This document shows positions 33,373 to 42,766 of a stretch of DNA of 64,000 nucleotides, in pieces; positions within the stretch are counted from its first letter, which is position 1, and each line of letters opens with the position of its first letter. Under the pieces are notes generated by a model, which was not told where the DNA came from, did not search any database, and worked only from the letters and a program-made list of their open reading frames with translations. Location of the stretch: contig CAVTHK010000015.1 of assembly GCA_963734495.1 (NCBI GenBank), positions 32,001 through 96,000 on the forward strand, in the 5' to 3' direction. A program made the translations under genes and the position numbers. The DNA comes from an uncultured Spirochaetota bacterium. Its GTDB lineage: Bacteria; Spirochaetota; Spirochaetia; SZUA-6; CAVTHK01.

Positions 33373-34059
33373 ATGCGGGGATGCCTGCTCCCCCTTGGCG
33401 CGGCCCTCGCGGCGGCGTTGCTCCACGGCTGCGGGCTCGAGACCGTGGTGCTGCTCAGTGCGCCGGGGTCCGGCCCGCCCGACGAAACCGCGAAGACCTT
33501 CACCATCTACCTGACGGCATCCAACAACGAGCTGGAGTTCCGCGGCATCGAGATCTTCTACAAGTTCTATCCGGACCTCGGCAGCTTCGAAGGCGGACTG
33601 GCGACCTACGGCGACGTGGTGGCGGCGGGCTTCAGGCGCCTGACGTCGCTGAGAGACGCGCCCACGCTGCAGAACCTGCCGCTGATCCCCGTCGACAGCG
33701 GCGACCGGGGCATGCCCTCGAAGATCACGCTGGACTTTTCGCCCCTCGAGAACAAAGCGGTCCCCGTCATGAGCGCGGTGCCGGTGACCACCGGGCTGAC
33801 GTTTGCGAACACCGAGTTCAGGAGGGCGGTGGTGTACGGAGTAACCGGGCTGTTCAAGACGTTCTACTCCGAGACCGACGACGGGTTCGTGCATGACGAC
33901 GTCGACATCTCCGCTCTCGGCCTGAGCGCCGGGACCAATCCGATTGTCTACATCGGGCTCTACGCGCTGAGCTACGGGCTGCAGGACCTGACGACGCCCA
34001 TCTACAGCCGTGCCGTTCCGCTGAGCCCGATCTCGATACCGTTGCACGTGGTCGATTGA
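33373..34059 (+). CDS. Hypothetical lipoprotein
   Basis: Lipobox-like LLHG-C; non-random protein text; alternative GTG start at 33343 overlaps the cyclase stop. Confidence 0.75.
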   Translation: MRGCLLPLGAALAAALLHGCGLETVVLLSAPGSGPPDETAKTFTIYLTASNNELEFRGIEIFYKFYPDLGSFEGGLATYGDVVAAGFRRLTSLRDAPTLQNLPLIPVDSGDRGMPSKITLDFSPLENKAVPVMSAVPVTTGLTFANTEFRRAVVYGVTGLFKTFYSETDDGFVHDDVDISALGLSAGTNPIVYIGLYALSYGLQDLTTPIYSRAVPLSPISIPLHVVD

Positions 34060-34087
34060 CCCGGGATGAATCAGGAAGGAGCGCCTG

Positions 34088-34366
34088 ATGAAGTGGTTCT
34101 ACCTCAACGTGGCTCTGACCTACATTACGATCGGTTTCGCAGCCGCGATCCTGATCTACTACGTGCTCAAGCGGCCGATCCTCGGCCACTTCTGGGGCGC
34201 GCTCATCATCGGGCTGATAGGCTCCTTTCTTGGCGGAGTCATCTACCGGGCGTTCCCGAAGTTCTTCGAGATGCTGTCTGATTTCAACGACGTCAACGTG
34301 TTCGCAGCCGCCTCCTGCGCGCTGGCCCTGATCTGGACGCTGTCCAAGCTGAGCTCGCCGAAGTAG
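34088..34366 (+). CDS. Small 3-TM membrane protein (GlsB/YeaQ-like)
   Basis: 92 aa, ALIIGLIGSFLGG Gly zipper, RBS gaaggag. Confidence 0.75.
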   Translation: MKWFYLNVALTYITIGFAAAILIYYVLKRPILGHFWGALIIGLIGSFLGGVIYRAFPKFFEMLSDFNDVNVFAAASCALALIWTLSKLSSPK

Positions 34367-34432
34367 CGGGGAGCCGCCGCGCGGAGGCCGGTTGGCGACG
34401 CGCAGTGCTTTCCCGCCCCATGACTAACTTCC

Positions 34433-34607
34433 TATAATGGATATTCTGTCTACCAAAAGAGGTGGTCGGGCGGCGTCTGCCAGGCCGGGGCGCCGTAGAG
34501 CCCCCTTGTGCAAGCCCCGTCGAGCTGTCGCTTGTATGGATTGGTAGACGGCCGTGGGCGCTCCGGAATGTGTTTGTATGAAGGTGTACGTCGGGGTGTA
34601 CGACAGG
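34433..34607 (+). ncRNA. Candidate structured non-coding element with its own -10 box
   Basis: TATAAT 34433-34438; ctgtctaccaa (34446-34456) complementary to ttggtagacgg (34541-34551); lies between convergent genes; family not recognised. Confidence 0.4.
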
Positions 34608-35729
34608 TTACGGGAGGATGGCGCCCTCGAACCCGGCCTCCTTGAGGCGAACCAGGGCGTTGTGGGCTTCTTCCGGCTGGAACTGTTGCCTGAGTATGAC
34701 ACGGTAATAAGTCTTGCCATCGAGCAGCACGCGCTCGACGGTAGTCTGGAATCCTGCCCTCTCGAGGTCGCGGACCATGTAGGTTGCGTTTTCCTGGAGG
34801 GTGAAGGAGCCGGCCTGTATGCGAACGCCGGGCGACTCGGGCTGGACCGGCGGGCTTGTGGTCGGGGCTGGCGGTGGAGGCGCCGCGACGGGGGCCGGAG
34901 CGCGGCGGAGCTGCGGGTGCCGGCACGGGGCCGAGGAGCGGGAAGAGCCTTCGGGGCGAGAGCGCGAGGGAGACCGGGGACCCGGCCGCGAGCATGGACG
35001 CCTCGGGGGAGCCGGGGAAGGATGCTTCGAGGAGGCGCTGGTACGAGGCGGAGCGCTGGGGGTCCGGGACGGCGCGGTAGTGGACGACGAGCGTGAAGAG
35101 TGACTGGAGCCTCGCGGGGCTGGTTTCGGGGAGGGCCGGGAGCAGGGCCTGCAGCTCGCCGACCGCTTCGTCGCGGTAGCCGAGGTCGTAGCGGAGCAGC
35201 GCCCGGACGGCGCGCAGGGCCACGCGGCGCGGGCCGTCGGAGACGAGCGCGATGGCGTCGTCGAGCGACCGGAGAGCGGCGTCGTTCGCGCCGAGGTCGC
35301 AGGCGACGAGCGCGCTCGCGACGAGGGCGTCGGCGCGCTGCTCCGGGCCCTCTGCCGCCGCCGCGGCGCGCTGGTAGAGGCGGAGCGCCGCCTCCGGGCG
35401 CCCGGCAGCGTCGAGGATGGCGGCGATCTGAAGCGCGAGGTCGGCGGGAACGCGCTCGGGCGCTGTCGAGACGGCCTCGACGGTCGAGAGCAGAAGGTCG
35501 AGATTCTGCGTCTGCCTGACGAACGTTCTCAGCGCGTCCGGCCAGGCGGGATCGTCTCGATTCGCGCGCAGCCAGTCCGCGGTCGCCAACGGAGGTGCCG
35601 CCGGCGCGCCTGAGCCGGCCTGCGGCGCCTGGGGCTTCGCGGCCGGCAGGCCGGCTGCCCCTGCTGGGCCGGCAACAGGCCCGAGCAGAGCAGCGCGATC
35701 AGGGCAGGGATTGCGAGCGGGAGCTTCAC
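34608..35729 (-). CDS. Exported TPR-like + SPOR-domain protein, frameshifted
   Basis: Signal peptide, helical repeats, Pro-rich linker, C-terminal IQAGSFTLQENA...YYRVIL...LKEAGFEG (SPOR); stop at 34608-34610. Confidence 0.82.
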
Positions 35730-35730
35730 G

Positions 35731-36000
35731 TCATGCGCGCGGCGAAGCGTTGCCGGCGGACCCCTGAACGGCCCCCGGACCGCCCCTGCCGACGCGAGGC
35801 CGCCTCCGCGCAAGCGCGAACGGCAGCACGCAGAGGGCGCCGAGTATGAACGCGAAGATGAGCGCCAGGAAGAGCGGCACGCCGCGGAACTCATAGACGA
35901 CGAGCTTGACGTCCACGGGCAGCGTGTTGAGGCTCGCGAATACGGCCGCAAATACGAGCACGATCAGTCCGAAGACGAGGCGCCACGGGAATTTCTTCAT
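35731..36000 (-). CDS. LapA/DUF1049-family small membrane protein
   Basis: VFASLN...VPLFLALIFAFILG two-TM pattern. Confidence 0.75.
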   Translation of the reverse strand: MKKFPWRLVFGLIVLVFAAVFASLNTLPVDVKLVVYEFRGVPLFLALIFAFILGALCVLPFALARRRPRVGRGGPGAVQGSAGNASPRA

Positions 36001-36054
36001 CCTTTATTCTTTCCTCGATGGCCCGGGAGCGTCGTCGCGGCGGATAGCGGGCGC

Positions 36055-36396
36055 TTACGAGCGCGCCTTGAGCTTGCGGAAGAAGTTGTACAGCGAATAC
36101 CCGCCGAACGCGAGCAGGCCGATTCCGCCCAGCCAGAGAAGGCCGCCGCCGCGATGGATGACGTTCGAGAGAATCGTCAGGATCCCGGCTGCGGTCGCGA
36201 CGGTTCCCGCGGCCCTGTCCCTGCTGGAGCCCGCCACGCCGAGCCCGATGGCGGTGAGCGCGGCCCCGGCCACGAGACCCACGACGGGCACATGCGACAG
36301 AGACGTCAGCACAAGCAGCCCCACGCCACCCGCTACTCCGCCGAAGCCCCGTATGCCGTCGCGTTCGACTTCCTTGCGCGGCACTATGTCTCCCAT
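36055..36396 (-). CDS. Small Gly-rich membrane protein
   Basis: 113 aa from MGDIVPRK; four Gly-rich hydrophobic segments. Confidence 0.7.
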   Translation of the reverse strand: MGDIVPRKEVERDGIRGFGGVAGGVGLLVLTSLSHVPVVGLVAGAALTAIGLGVAGSSRDRAAGTVATAAGILTILSNVIHRGGGLLWLGGIGLLAFGGYSLYNFFRKLKARS

Positions 36397-36484
36397 CTCT
36401 TGTCCACCCCTCGATATGAGTCTAACACCACGCAAGAGCAGGTGTCCACAATGGCGTCCCGGCCGGAGCTGCGCGGCCCGCGAT

Positions 36485-38467
36485 TCACGCCCGCGGGAGC
36501 GAGAGCCAGACCACCCCGCCCTTCTCCGGCGCGATCCCGAGCTCTCCCCCGCTGAGCGCCACGGCGCGGCGGGCCAGGTAAAGGCCCATTCCCGCGTGCC
36601 CGGCCTTGGTCGTGGTAAACGGATCCGCGGCCGTGGCCGCGATCTCCGGCGCGAATCCGCCGCCGCCGTCGCTGACCTCGATCCGCAGGCGTCCCGGCTC
36701 GCGCCTGCCGGTGATCGTGATGAGCCCCTCCGGCGCGCTCTCGTACGCGTTGGAGAGCACCTCGTCGAGGGCCGCGATCACGTACTGAGGCACGGCCCGC
36801 ACGGCGACCGCGGGTGTGCTGTCTTCCACGCGGATGCCCGGCAGCCGCTGCCTGGCGCGCGAGACTGCGACCGCGGCCAGCTTGTCCGCCTCGCATCGCT
36901 CGGGCAGGCCGCCGCTCAAGAAGGCGACCGGACGCATCGCCTCGGCCAGCCGCGCGGCGAGCGTGCGCGCGGAGCGGATGTGGGCCGCGGCCCCGCCGCT
37001 CCCGTCCGGCGAGGCCAGCGCGGATGCCGCCGCGTCGGCCTCGCGCCGCACGCCGTCGAGCTCCGCCTCCACGTGTCGCGCCAGGCGGACCAGGTCGTGC
37101 TGCCGGGCCGACTCCCAGTCCTCCCGCCCCGCCGACTCCTGGAGCTCGAGACGCAGCGCGGCGTTCTCGCGCGCGAGCTCGTGCATCCGCCGGACCGGCC
37201 GGTCGAGGCGGAGCGACGCGACCCGCAGCAGGAGCGCCTGCGCGGGAAACAGCAGCGCCGCGAGGACGAAGGCCGCGACGAGCGACCCCGCGCGGCCGCT
37301 CATGGCGTAGTGCGTCGTGAGCTGCTCGACGAGCGGATCGTAGAGCCATGCGAAGAACACCACCGCGGCCAGCGCGATGAACGCATAGACGAGAAAACGC
37401 GAAAGCAGGTGGCGCGTCTCGATGGACCTGCCGGTGACGAAGCCGACCGTGAACAGGACCGGCAGCGGCAACAGAAACAGGCTCGCGAACCCGCCCGTCC
37501 CGATCCTCGGGGCGCCCCAGTCGTCCAGGATCATGGGGAGCTGGTCGAAGAAGAAATACGGCGGCAGCGCCACGAGAAAGCCCGCGAGCATCCACTGGAT
37601 GCGGGCACGCTCGCGGGCGCCGGCGCGGGCGAGAACCGTGCCGAGCAGACCGACAAACGCGATGTAGGCGCCCGCCTCGGCCGCGTTGGCGAGCCTGCCG
37701 AGGCCGCGGTAGCGGGCGAGCAGGCCGTCGGCACCCGTCGCGGCCCACTGGGCGAACAGCGTGAGCCGGCTCGCGCTGAACGCCGTGTAGACCGCGGCGA
37801 CGAGCGCGATCGCGCCGACGCGCGCCGCCCGGGACGCTCGCGGGCGCGGGTAGTAGAGGCCGAAGCCCAGCAGGAGCCACGGCGCGAGCTTGCCCGCATG
37901 CACGAGGGCGTTCGCGAGCAGGCTCTCGTAGTAGAAGGGCTTGACCGCGACGAACAGCGCATAACAGAAGCAGGCGGCCGCCAGCAGCAGCGTCGCCAGC
38001 GTGAGGCGCCGGTCGAAGAGGAGCGCGAAACCCAGTCCGGTGAGGGCGACGAGAAACGCGAGAGTAAAGGAGTTCTCCACCCGCCGCAGCGGCAGGTCCG
38101 GAGCGAGCGCGATCGTCAGCGGGGACGCGCCGTCCCGCAGAACCGCGACCTCGGCCGGCTCCCAGGTGCGCCAGGCCAGGTCCGCGACGACGAGGTCCCG
38201 CAGGCCCGCGATGGCGCGCTCGCCGACCCGCAGGATCTGGTCGCGGTACGGGAGGAGTCCCGCGCGGACAGCGGGCGAGAGGGGCGAGCGCGGCGCGAAC
38301 AGGACCCGGCCGCCCTCCGTGACCGCCTCCGGGAAGTTGACGACCAGCCCGGTGTACGGCTTGAGCAGGTAGCGTCCAAAATAGACGAGGGAAAGAAGGG
38401 TGAAGAAGGCCGCCAGCGCCACCGCCGCGATTCTCTTCGGCCCGATCGCGCCCAGCGGAAGCCTCAC
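36485..38467 (-). CDS. Histidine-kinase-like protein: PDZ-like, multi-TM, HATPase
   Basis: SPAVRAGLLPYRDQILRVG (PDZ-like), about 8 TM, NAYES, DGGGGF, PFTTTK, GMGL boxes; atypical H box. Confidence 0.78.
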   Translation of the reverse strand: MRLPLGAIGPKRIAAVALAAFFTLLSLVYFGRYLLKPYTGLVVNFPEAVTEGGRVLFAPRSPLSPAVRAGLLPYRDQILRVGERAIAGLRDLVVADLAWRTWEPAEVAVLRDGASPLTIALAPDLPLRRVENSFTLAFLVALTGLGFALLFDRRLTLATLLLAAACFCYALFVAVKPFYYESLLANALVHAGKLAPWLLLGFGLYYPRPRASRAARVGAIALVAAVYTAFSASRLTLFAQWAATGADGLLARYRGLGRLANAAEAGAYIAFVGLLGTVLARAGARERARIQWMLAGFLVALPPYFFFDQLPMILDDWGAPRIGTGGFASLFLLPLPVLFTVGFVTGRSIETRHLLSRFLVYAFIALAAVVFFAWLYDPLVEQLTTHYAMSGRAGSLVAAFVLAALLFPAQALLLRVASLRLDRPVRRMHELARENAALRLELQESAGREDWESARQHDLVRLARHVEAELDGVRREADAAASALASPDGSGGAAAHIRSARTLAARLAEAMRPVAFLSGGLPERCEADKLAAVAVSRARQRLPGIRVEDSTPAVAVRAVPQYVIAALDEVLSNAYESAPEGLITITGRREPGRLRIEVSDGGGGFAPEIAATAADPFTTTKAGHAGMGLYLARRAVALSGGELGIAPEKGGVVWLSLPRA

Positions 38468-38871
38468 GACGCGGCCTCCCCGTCCCCCGGCCGGAGGCTG
38501 TCGATCTCGGGCGGCAGCCTGACAGGCCTGCCGTCGTCGCCGACGCAGGCCCACTCGACGGTCGCATCCGCGATACGGTCGCCGTCCCTCGTGACGACCT
38601 GGCGGAACACGCCGCTCGATCCCCTCATCCGCAGCACCTCGGTCGCGATCTCGAGCGGGTCGTCGAGGAACGCGGGCTTCAGGTACTCGATGCTCAGGCG
38701 CCGGACCACGAGGTTCACGCCGCGCCTCCGCAGCTCCTGCAGCGGCAGCGCGTGGTCAGAGAGGAGCTGCACGCGCGCGGTCTCCAGGTACTGCAGGTAG
38801 ACCGCGTGGTTGACGTGCCCGTAGAGGTCGCACTCGTGGAACCGGACCCGGGTCGAGACGCGGTGAACCAT
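38464..38871 (-). CDS. Acyl-CoA thioesterase (YbgC/4HBT family)
   Basis: VRFHECDLYGHVNHAVYLQYLETAR, IEYLKPA. Confidence 0.92.
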   Translation of the reverse strand: MVHRVSTRVRFHECDLYGHVNHAVYLQYLETARVQLLSDHALPLQELRRRGVNLVVRRLSIEYLKPAFLDDPLEIATEVLRMRGSSGVFRQVVTRDGDRIADATVEWACVGDDGRPVRLPPEIDSLRPGDGEAAS

Positions 38872-38919
38872 TCTTACCTCTCCCGGCCCGCCTGCGGACC
38901 CGTGAGCGCCGCCCAAAGG

Positions 38920-38948
38920 TTGACACCAGCGGGGGCCGCTGGTATATT
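38920..38948 (+). promoter_or_regulatory. sigma70 promoter of tRNA-Met
   Basis: TTGACA-N17-TATATT with extended -10 TG. Confidence 0.8.
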
Positions 38949-38960
38949 GGCCCGGCTTCT

Positions 38961-39033
38961 GGCGGCGTAGCTCAGTTGGTAGAGCAAACGGCTCATATCC
39001 GTTGGGGCAGGGGTTCGACTCCCTTCGCCGCTA
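38961..39033 (+). tRNA. tRNA-Met (CAT), elongator type, CCA not encoded
   Basis: GGCGGCG/CGCCGCT acceptor, AACGG-CTCATAT-CCGTT anticodon arm, GGTTCGACTCC. Confidence 0.93.
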
Positions 39034-39127
39034 TTTTCGCGGGCGCGCGGGTGTCCGGCCGTGACCGGTGCCTCGCCGCCTGTCCCACCGCCGGGTCGGC
39101 TGATTGTCGCGTCGCCTGCGGCTCCCG

Positions 39128-39679
39128 TCAAGTTGCGGGCTTCTCCTCGTCGATGCGTGTCCAGAACTGCTTCTCGGAGATCGCGCCCATGAGCAGCTCG
39201 CGTATCAGTCCCCGCGTGCGCTCGGAGAACACGGTCCAGTAGCGCCGGCTCCAGTCCTTCTGCAGCTCCGCCTTGTCCGCGGGCGACATGCGCCCGACGC
39301 TGTAGTCGACGAACTGCACGACCATCGACCGCGCCACGTCGCGCGGGAGGTTCTCCTCGCTCACCTGGCCGGCGCGATCGGGGACCCACTCCTCGAGCAT
39401 GAGCTCGAGCTGCTCCTCGGGAATCTCGGGGAGGGTCCGGCGGACCATGTCGCGGATGTACTTCTTGGTCATCTCCTTGATGTCGCCGATCGATTCGAGC
39501 TGCTCGGAGACCGCGCCCGCGAGGTCGTGCGCCATGCCGCGGATGTTGCCGGCCGACAGCCGGCTGCGGCTGTCGCGCTGCCTGCGCTCGAGGGCGGCCT
39601 TGAGCACGTCGAGATCCTTGGGCGAGGCCCGGTTGAGTATGTAGTCCACGGCACGGTACAGCTCTTTGTCGAACGGCAT
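39128..39679 (-). CDS. Hypothetical protein
   Basis: Intact 183-aa ORF with RBS, 1 nt from the rarA stop. Confidence 0.8.
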   Translation of the reverse strand: MPFDKELYRAVDYILNRASPKDLDVLKAALERRQRDSRSRLSAGNIRGMAHDLAGAVSEQLESIGDIKEMTKKYIRDMVRRTLPEIPEEQLELMLEEWVPDRAGQVSEENLPRDVARSMVVQFVDYSVGRMSPADKAELQKDWSRRYWTVFSERTRGLIRELLMGAISEKQFWTRIDEEKPAT

Positions 39680-39680
39680 G

Positions 39681-41897
39681 TCAGCTCCTCGCCGCGCGTA
39701 CGATCAGGTAGACCTGCTGCCAGTCCGTCTCGCGGTTCAGCAGGGCGGCGCGCATGATCGAGGCAGCGCGGTCGATCGCGTCCGTCGCCCCGGGCAGGGC
39801 GCGCCGGAGCCGGGCGAGGTAGCTCGCGGGCGCGTCCGCGGCCAGCCATCGCCCCAGGTCGGCCTCCCCTACCCTCCGCAGGCTGCGCAGCCGCTGCTCC
39901 GTGATCTCTACCGCGGTGAACCCTGCGTCGGCAAGCTCGCGGCGCAGCGAATCCGCGGTCCAGCCCACCTTCGGGTCGCCGGCATCCTCGTAGATCGCGT
40001 CTTCAGCCCGGCGTATGAGCTGCTCGAGCTCCGGGCCGAGGGCGTCGGACGCGAGGGCCGAGAGGCGCTGCGCAGCCCTCGGGTAAGGCTCGATCAGGCC
40101 GAGCTGCCCGCCCGGGGCCATCAGGCCGAAGATAGCGGCGAGCGCGGCGGGGCGGCCAGCGGCGGCCGTGAAAGCCGCGCGCCCGAGCACGACGTCGAAT
40201 CTGAGGTCGCGTTCGCCGGCGCGCGCGAGCGCTTCGGGGACCGACGTCAGGCCGGCCTCCAGGCGCGTGGGCTCCCGCAGGGCGTCGGAGACCACGGCGG
40301 CCGGCGCGTCCGCGAACGTCCAGACGCCGCCCTCGGGCGTCCTTCGCACCAGCTCCCAGGTCAGAAACGGCGACCCTCGGCTCAGGTCGAGGGCGCGGGC
40401 GTGCCTCGGGACGCGGAGACCCTCGAACAGCGCGGCCCGCAGCCGCTCCTGCAGGTCCGTGAGGGATCCTTCGGCGCGCGCGATCCACCGCTCGGCCTCC
40501 GCTCCGGGCGTAAAGGTCAGCACCTCGCCTTCGCCCGCGTCCGCCTGCCTGAATGCCTCGATCTGCGCCTCCCGGCGTCGAAGGACCGCGTCGCGGATCT
40601 CGGCCTCGTGCCCCTCGCGGCCCGGCTCGTAGAAGGCGACCCCCTGGAGCGCGGCGGGCAGGTACCGCTGCGCGACCCAGTGCTCCCGGTACGAGTGCGG
40701 GTAGAGGTAGCCTTCGCCGTGACCGAAGCCTTCGCGGTCGCGGCTGGCGTCCTTGAGGTGCGACGGGACATCGCCGCTGCGCTGCTCCTCGACGAGCTTG
40801 AGCGCGTCGAAGAACGCCATCGTCGAGTTCGATTTCGGTGCGGTGGCGAGGTACAGGGCCGCGTGCGAGAGCGCGAAGCGGCCCTCCGGAAGTCCGACGC
40901 GGTCGAACGTGGCCGCCGCCGCCTCCGTGAGCACGAGGGCGTTCGGGTCCGCGAGGCCCACGTCCTCCGAGGCGAAGATCAGCATCCTCCGGAAGATGAA
41001 GCGCGGATCCTCGCCCGCGTACACCATCCTCGCGAGCCAGTAGAGGGCCGCGTCGGGGTCGCTCCCGCGCAGGCTCTTGATGAAGGCGCTGATCGTGTCG
41101 AAGTGGTAGTCGCCTTCCTTGTCGTAGAGGACCGCCCTCCTCTGGATGCTCTCTTCCGCCACCGCGCGGTCGACTCGGATGTGTTCCCCATCCGGCGGCG
41201 GGAACCGCGCGGGCGTCGTCTCGACGGCGAGCTCGAGCGCGTTCAGCAGGCTGCGCGCGTCGCCCTCGGAGACGTTGACCAGGTGCTCCAGCGCGTCCTG
41301 GTCGATCTCGACGCGGTAGCGTCCGTAGCCGCGCACCGGGTCCGCGAGCGCCTGCCCGGCGACCCGGCGAAGGTCCGCGGCCTCCAGCGGCCGCAGCTGG
41401 AAGACCCTGCTGCGACTGACCAGCGCCCGGTTGACCTCGAAGAACGGGTTCTCGGTTGTGGCGCCGATCATCACGATCGTGCCGTTCTCCACCCAGGGCA
41501 GGAGCGCGTCCTGCTGCGCCTTGTTCCAGCGGTGGACTTCGTCGACGAACAGGATCGTGCGCTCGCTGTGATACTGCCTGCGCGTGCGCGCTTCCTCGAT
41601 CGCCTCGCGGATCTCCTTGACGCCGGCGAGGACCGCGTTGATGGTGATGAAGTGGGCCCGCGTCGTGTTCGCGATGACGCGCGCGAGGGTCGTCTTGCCC
41701 GTCCCCGGGGGGCCGTAGAAGATGACCGAGCTGAGCTGATCGGCCTTGATCGCCCTGTAGAGCAGGCGGCCGGGGGCGACGATGTGCTGCTGGCCGACGA
41801 ACTCGTCGAGCGTGCGGGGCCGCATCCGGGCCGCCAGGGGCTGCTCCCGTTCGATCTGGTCGGCGTGCGCGCTGGCGAAAAGGTCGTCTTCTTCCAC
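39681..41897 (-). CDS. rarA: RarA/MgsA AAA+ ATPase with C-terminal methyltransferase-like extension
   Basis: [62 protein letters not shown]; about 290 extra aa. Confidence 0.94.
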   Translation of the reverse strand: MEEDDLFASAHADQIEREQPLAARMRPRTLDEFVGQQHIVAPGRLLYRAIKADQLSSVIFYGPPGTGKTTLARVIANTTRAHFITINAVLAGVKEIREAIEEARTRRQYHSERTILFVDEVHRWNKAQQDALLPWVENGTIVMIGATTENPFFEVNRALVSRSRVFQLRPLEAADLRRVAGQALADPVRGYGRYRVEIDQDALEHLVNVSEGDARSLLNALELAVETTPARFPPPDGEHIRVDRAVAEESIQRRAVLYDKEGDYHFDTISAFIKSLRGSDPDAALYWLARMVYAGEDPRFIFRRMLIFASEDVGLADPNALVLTEAAAATFDRVGLPEGRFALSHAALYLATAPKSNSTMAFFDALKLVEEQRSGDVPSHLKDASRDREGFGHGEGYLYPHSYREHWVAQRYLPAALQGVAFYEPGREGHEAEIRDAVLRRREAQIEAFRQADAGEGEVLTFTPGAEAERWIARAEGSLTDLQERLRAALFEGLRVPRHARALDLSRGSPFLTWELVRRTPEGGVWTFADAPAAVVSDALREPTRLEAGLTSVPEALARAGERDLRFDVVLGRAAFTAAAGRPAALAAIFGLMAPGGQLGLIEPYPRAAQRLSALASDALGPELEQLIRRAEDAIYEDAGDPKVGWTADSLRRELADAGFTAVEITEQRLRSLRRVGEADLGRWLAADAPASYLARLRRALPGATDAIDRAASIMRAALLNRETDWQQVYLIVRAARS

Positions 41898-41990
41898 TCT
41901 CTCTATTCTTCACGCATGAACGACGTCGCGCAAGCCGGAGGCGCCCTCGCACGCCCCCGGGCGGCCACCGCCTCCACCGGCCGGCGGCGC

Positions 41991-42019
41991 TTGAAAAACG
42001 GCCGCGCGTTGGTTACATT
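41991..42019 (+). promoter_or_regulatory. Candidate promoter of the SLT gene
   Basis: TTGAAA-N17-TACATT. Confidence 0.55.
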
Positions 42020-42102
42020 ATTTTCCCTCCCGCGTTCGGCATGATCGAGCGCGGCTATGGTGCAGAATGTTGAAACGTAAGAAAGATACCGACCGCGGGC
42101 GC

Positions 42103-42757
42103 ATGCGGCGCCCGGCTGCATTCCTGCTCGCGATTGCCCTTGCCGTGGTGGCCGTCAGCGTGACGCTGGACGCCTACGACAGGCTCCCGGGCCTGGGCGA
42201 GCCGGGCCTCGCCGCGGCCGTTTCCGGCCAGGCCCCCGCGGCGCTGAGCCTGCCGACCGAGCCTCCGCACAGGATGCAGGTGAACCACGAGATCGTCCGC
42301 CTCGTGGACAGGGACGCCGTGCTCGATTTCTACGCCGCCTATACCGGCGACCGCGATGTGGCCCGCGTGATCCTCGACGCCGCGCTGCGGGCCGAGGTGC
42401 CGGTGAACCTGGCGTTCGCCCTCGGGTGGCAGGAGAGCCGCTTCGACACCAACGCGGTCAGCGGCATCAATTACTACGGCACGCGGGACTGGGGCCTGTT
42501 CCAGCTGAACGACGCGGCGCGTCCGGAATGGAGGCGGGCCGATTTCTTCGACATCCGCCGCAACGCCGAGAGCGCCATGCAGTACCTGCGGCTGTGCCTG
42601 GGCGAGATGGGGTCCGTGGACATGGCCCTCGCGGCCTACAACGCCGGCATCCGCGGGCGTGCGCGAGTGGGGCATCCCGGCGTCGACCCGCGCCTACACG
42701 CGCGCCATCGGGGCGTACGAGCGGGAGCTCGACCGCGCGTTCGGGGAGCGATTCTAG
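42103..42757 (+). CDS. Lytic transglycosylase (SLT domain), frameshift near 42655
   Basis: TM, QESRF (catalytic Glu), GLFQLN, ALAAYNAG. Confidence 0.9.
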
Positions 42758-42766
42758 GCCGGGGCC

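Noticed and set aside
30406..34059. 1217-aa ORF
   Set aside because: Chimera of off-frame Arg/Ala/Gly-rich text, part of the cyclase and the lipoprotein; stops are rare at this GC.
34437..34547. 36-codon small ORF MDILSTKRGG...
   Set aside because: Its ATG overlaps the TATAAT box, it has no RBS and its codons are atypical; a non-coding reading fits better.
35906..38800. 964-aa plus-strand ORF and similar long antisense ORFs
   Set aside because: Shadow ORFs of real minus-strand genes with no motifs.
38961..39033. tRNA-Ile2 (lysidine) assignment for the CAT tRNA
   Set aside because: The GGCGGCG acceptor and CTCATAT loop fit elongator Met better; an isotype-specific model would settle it.
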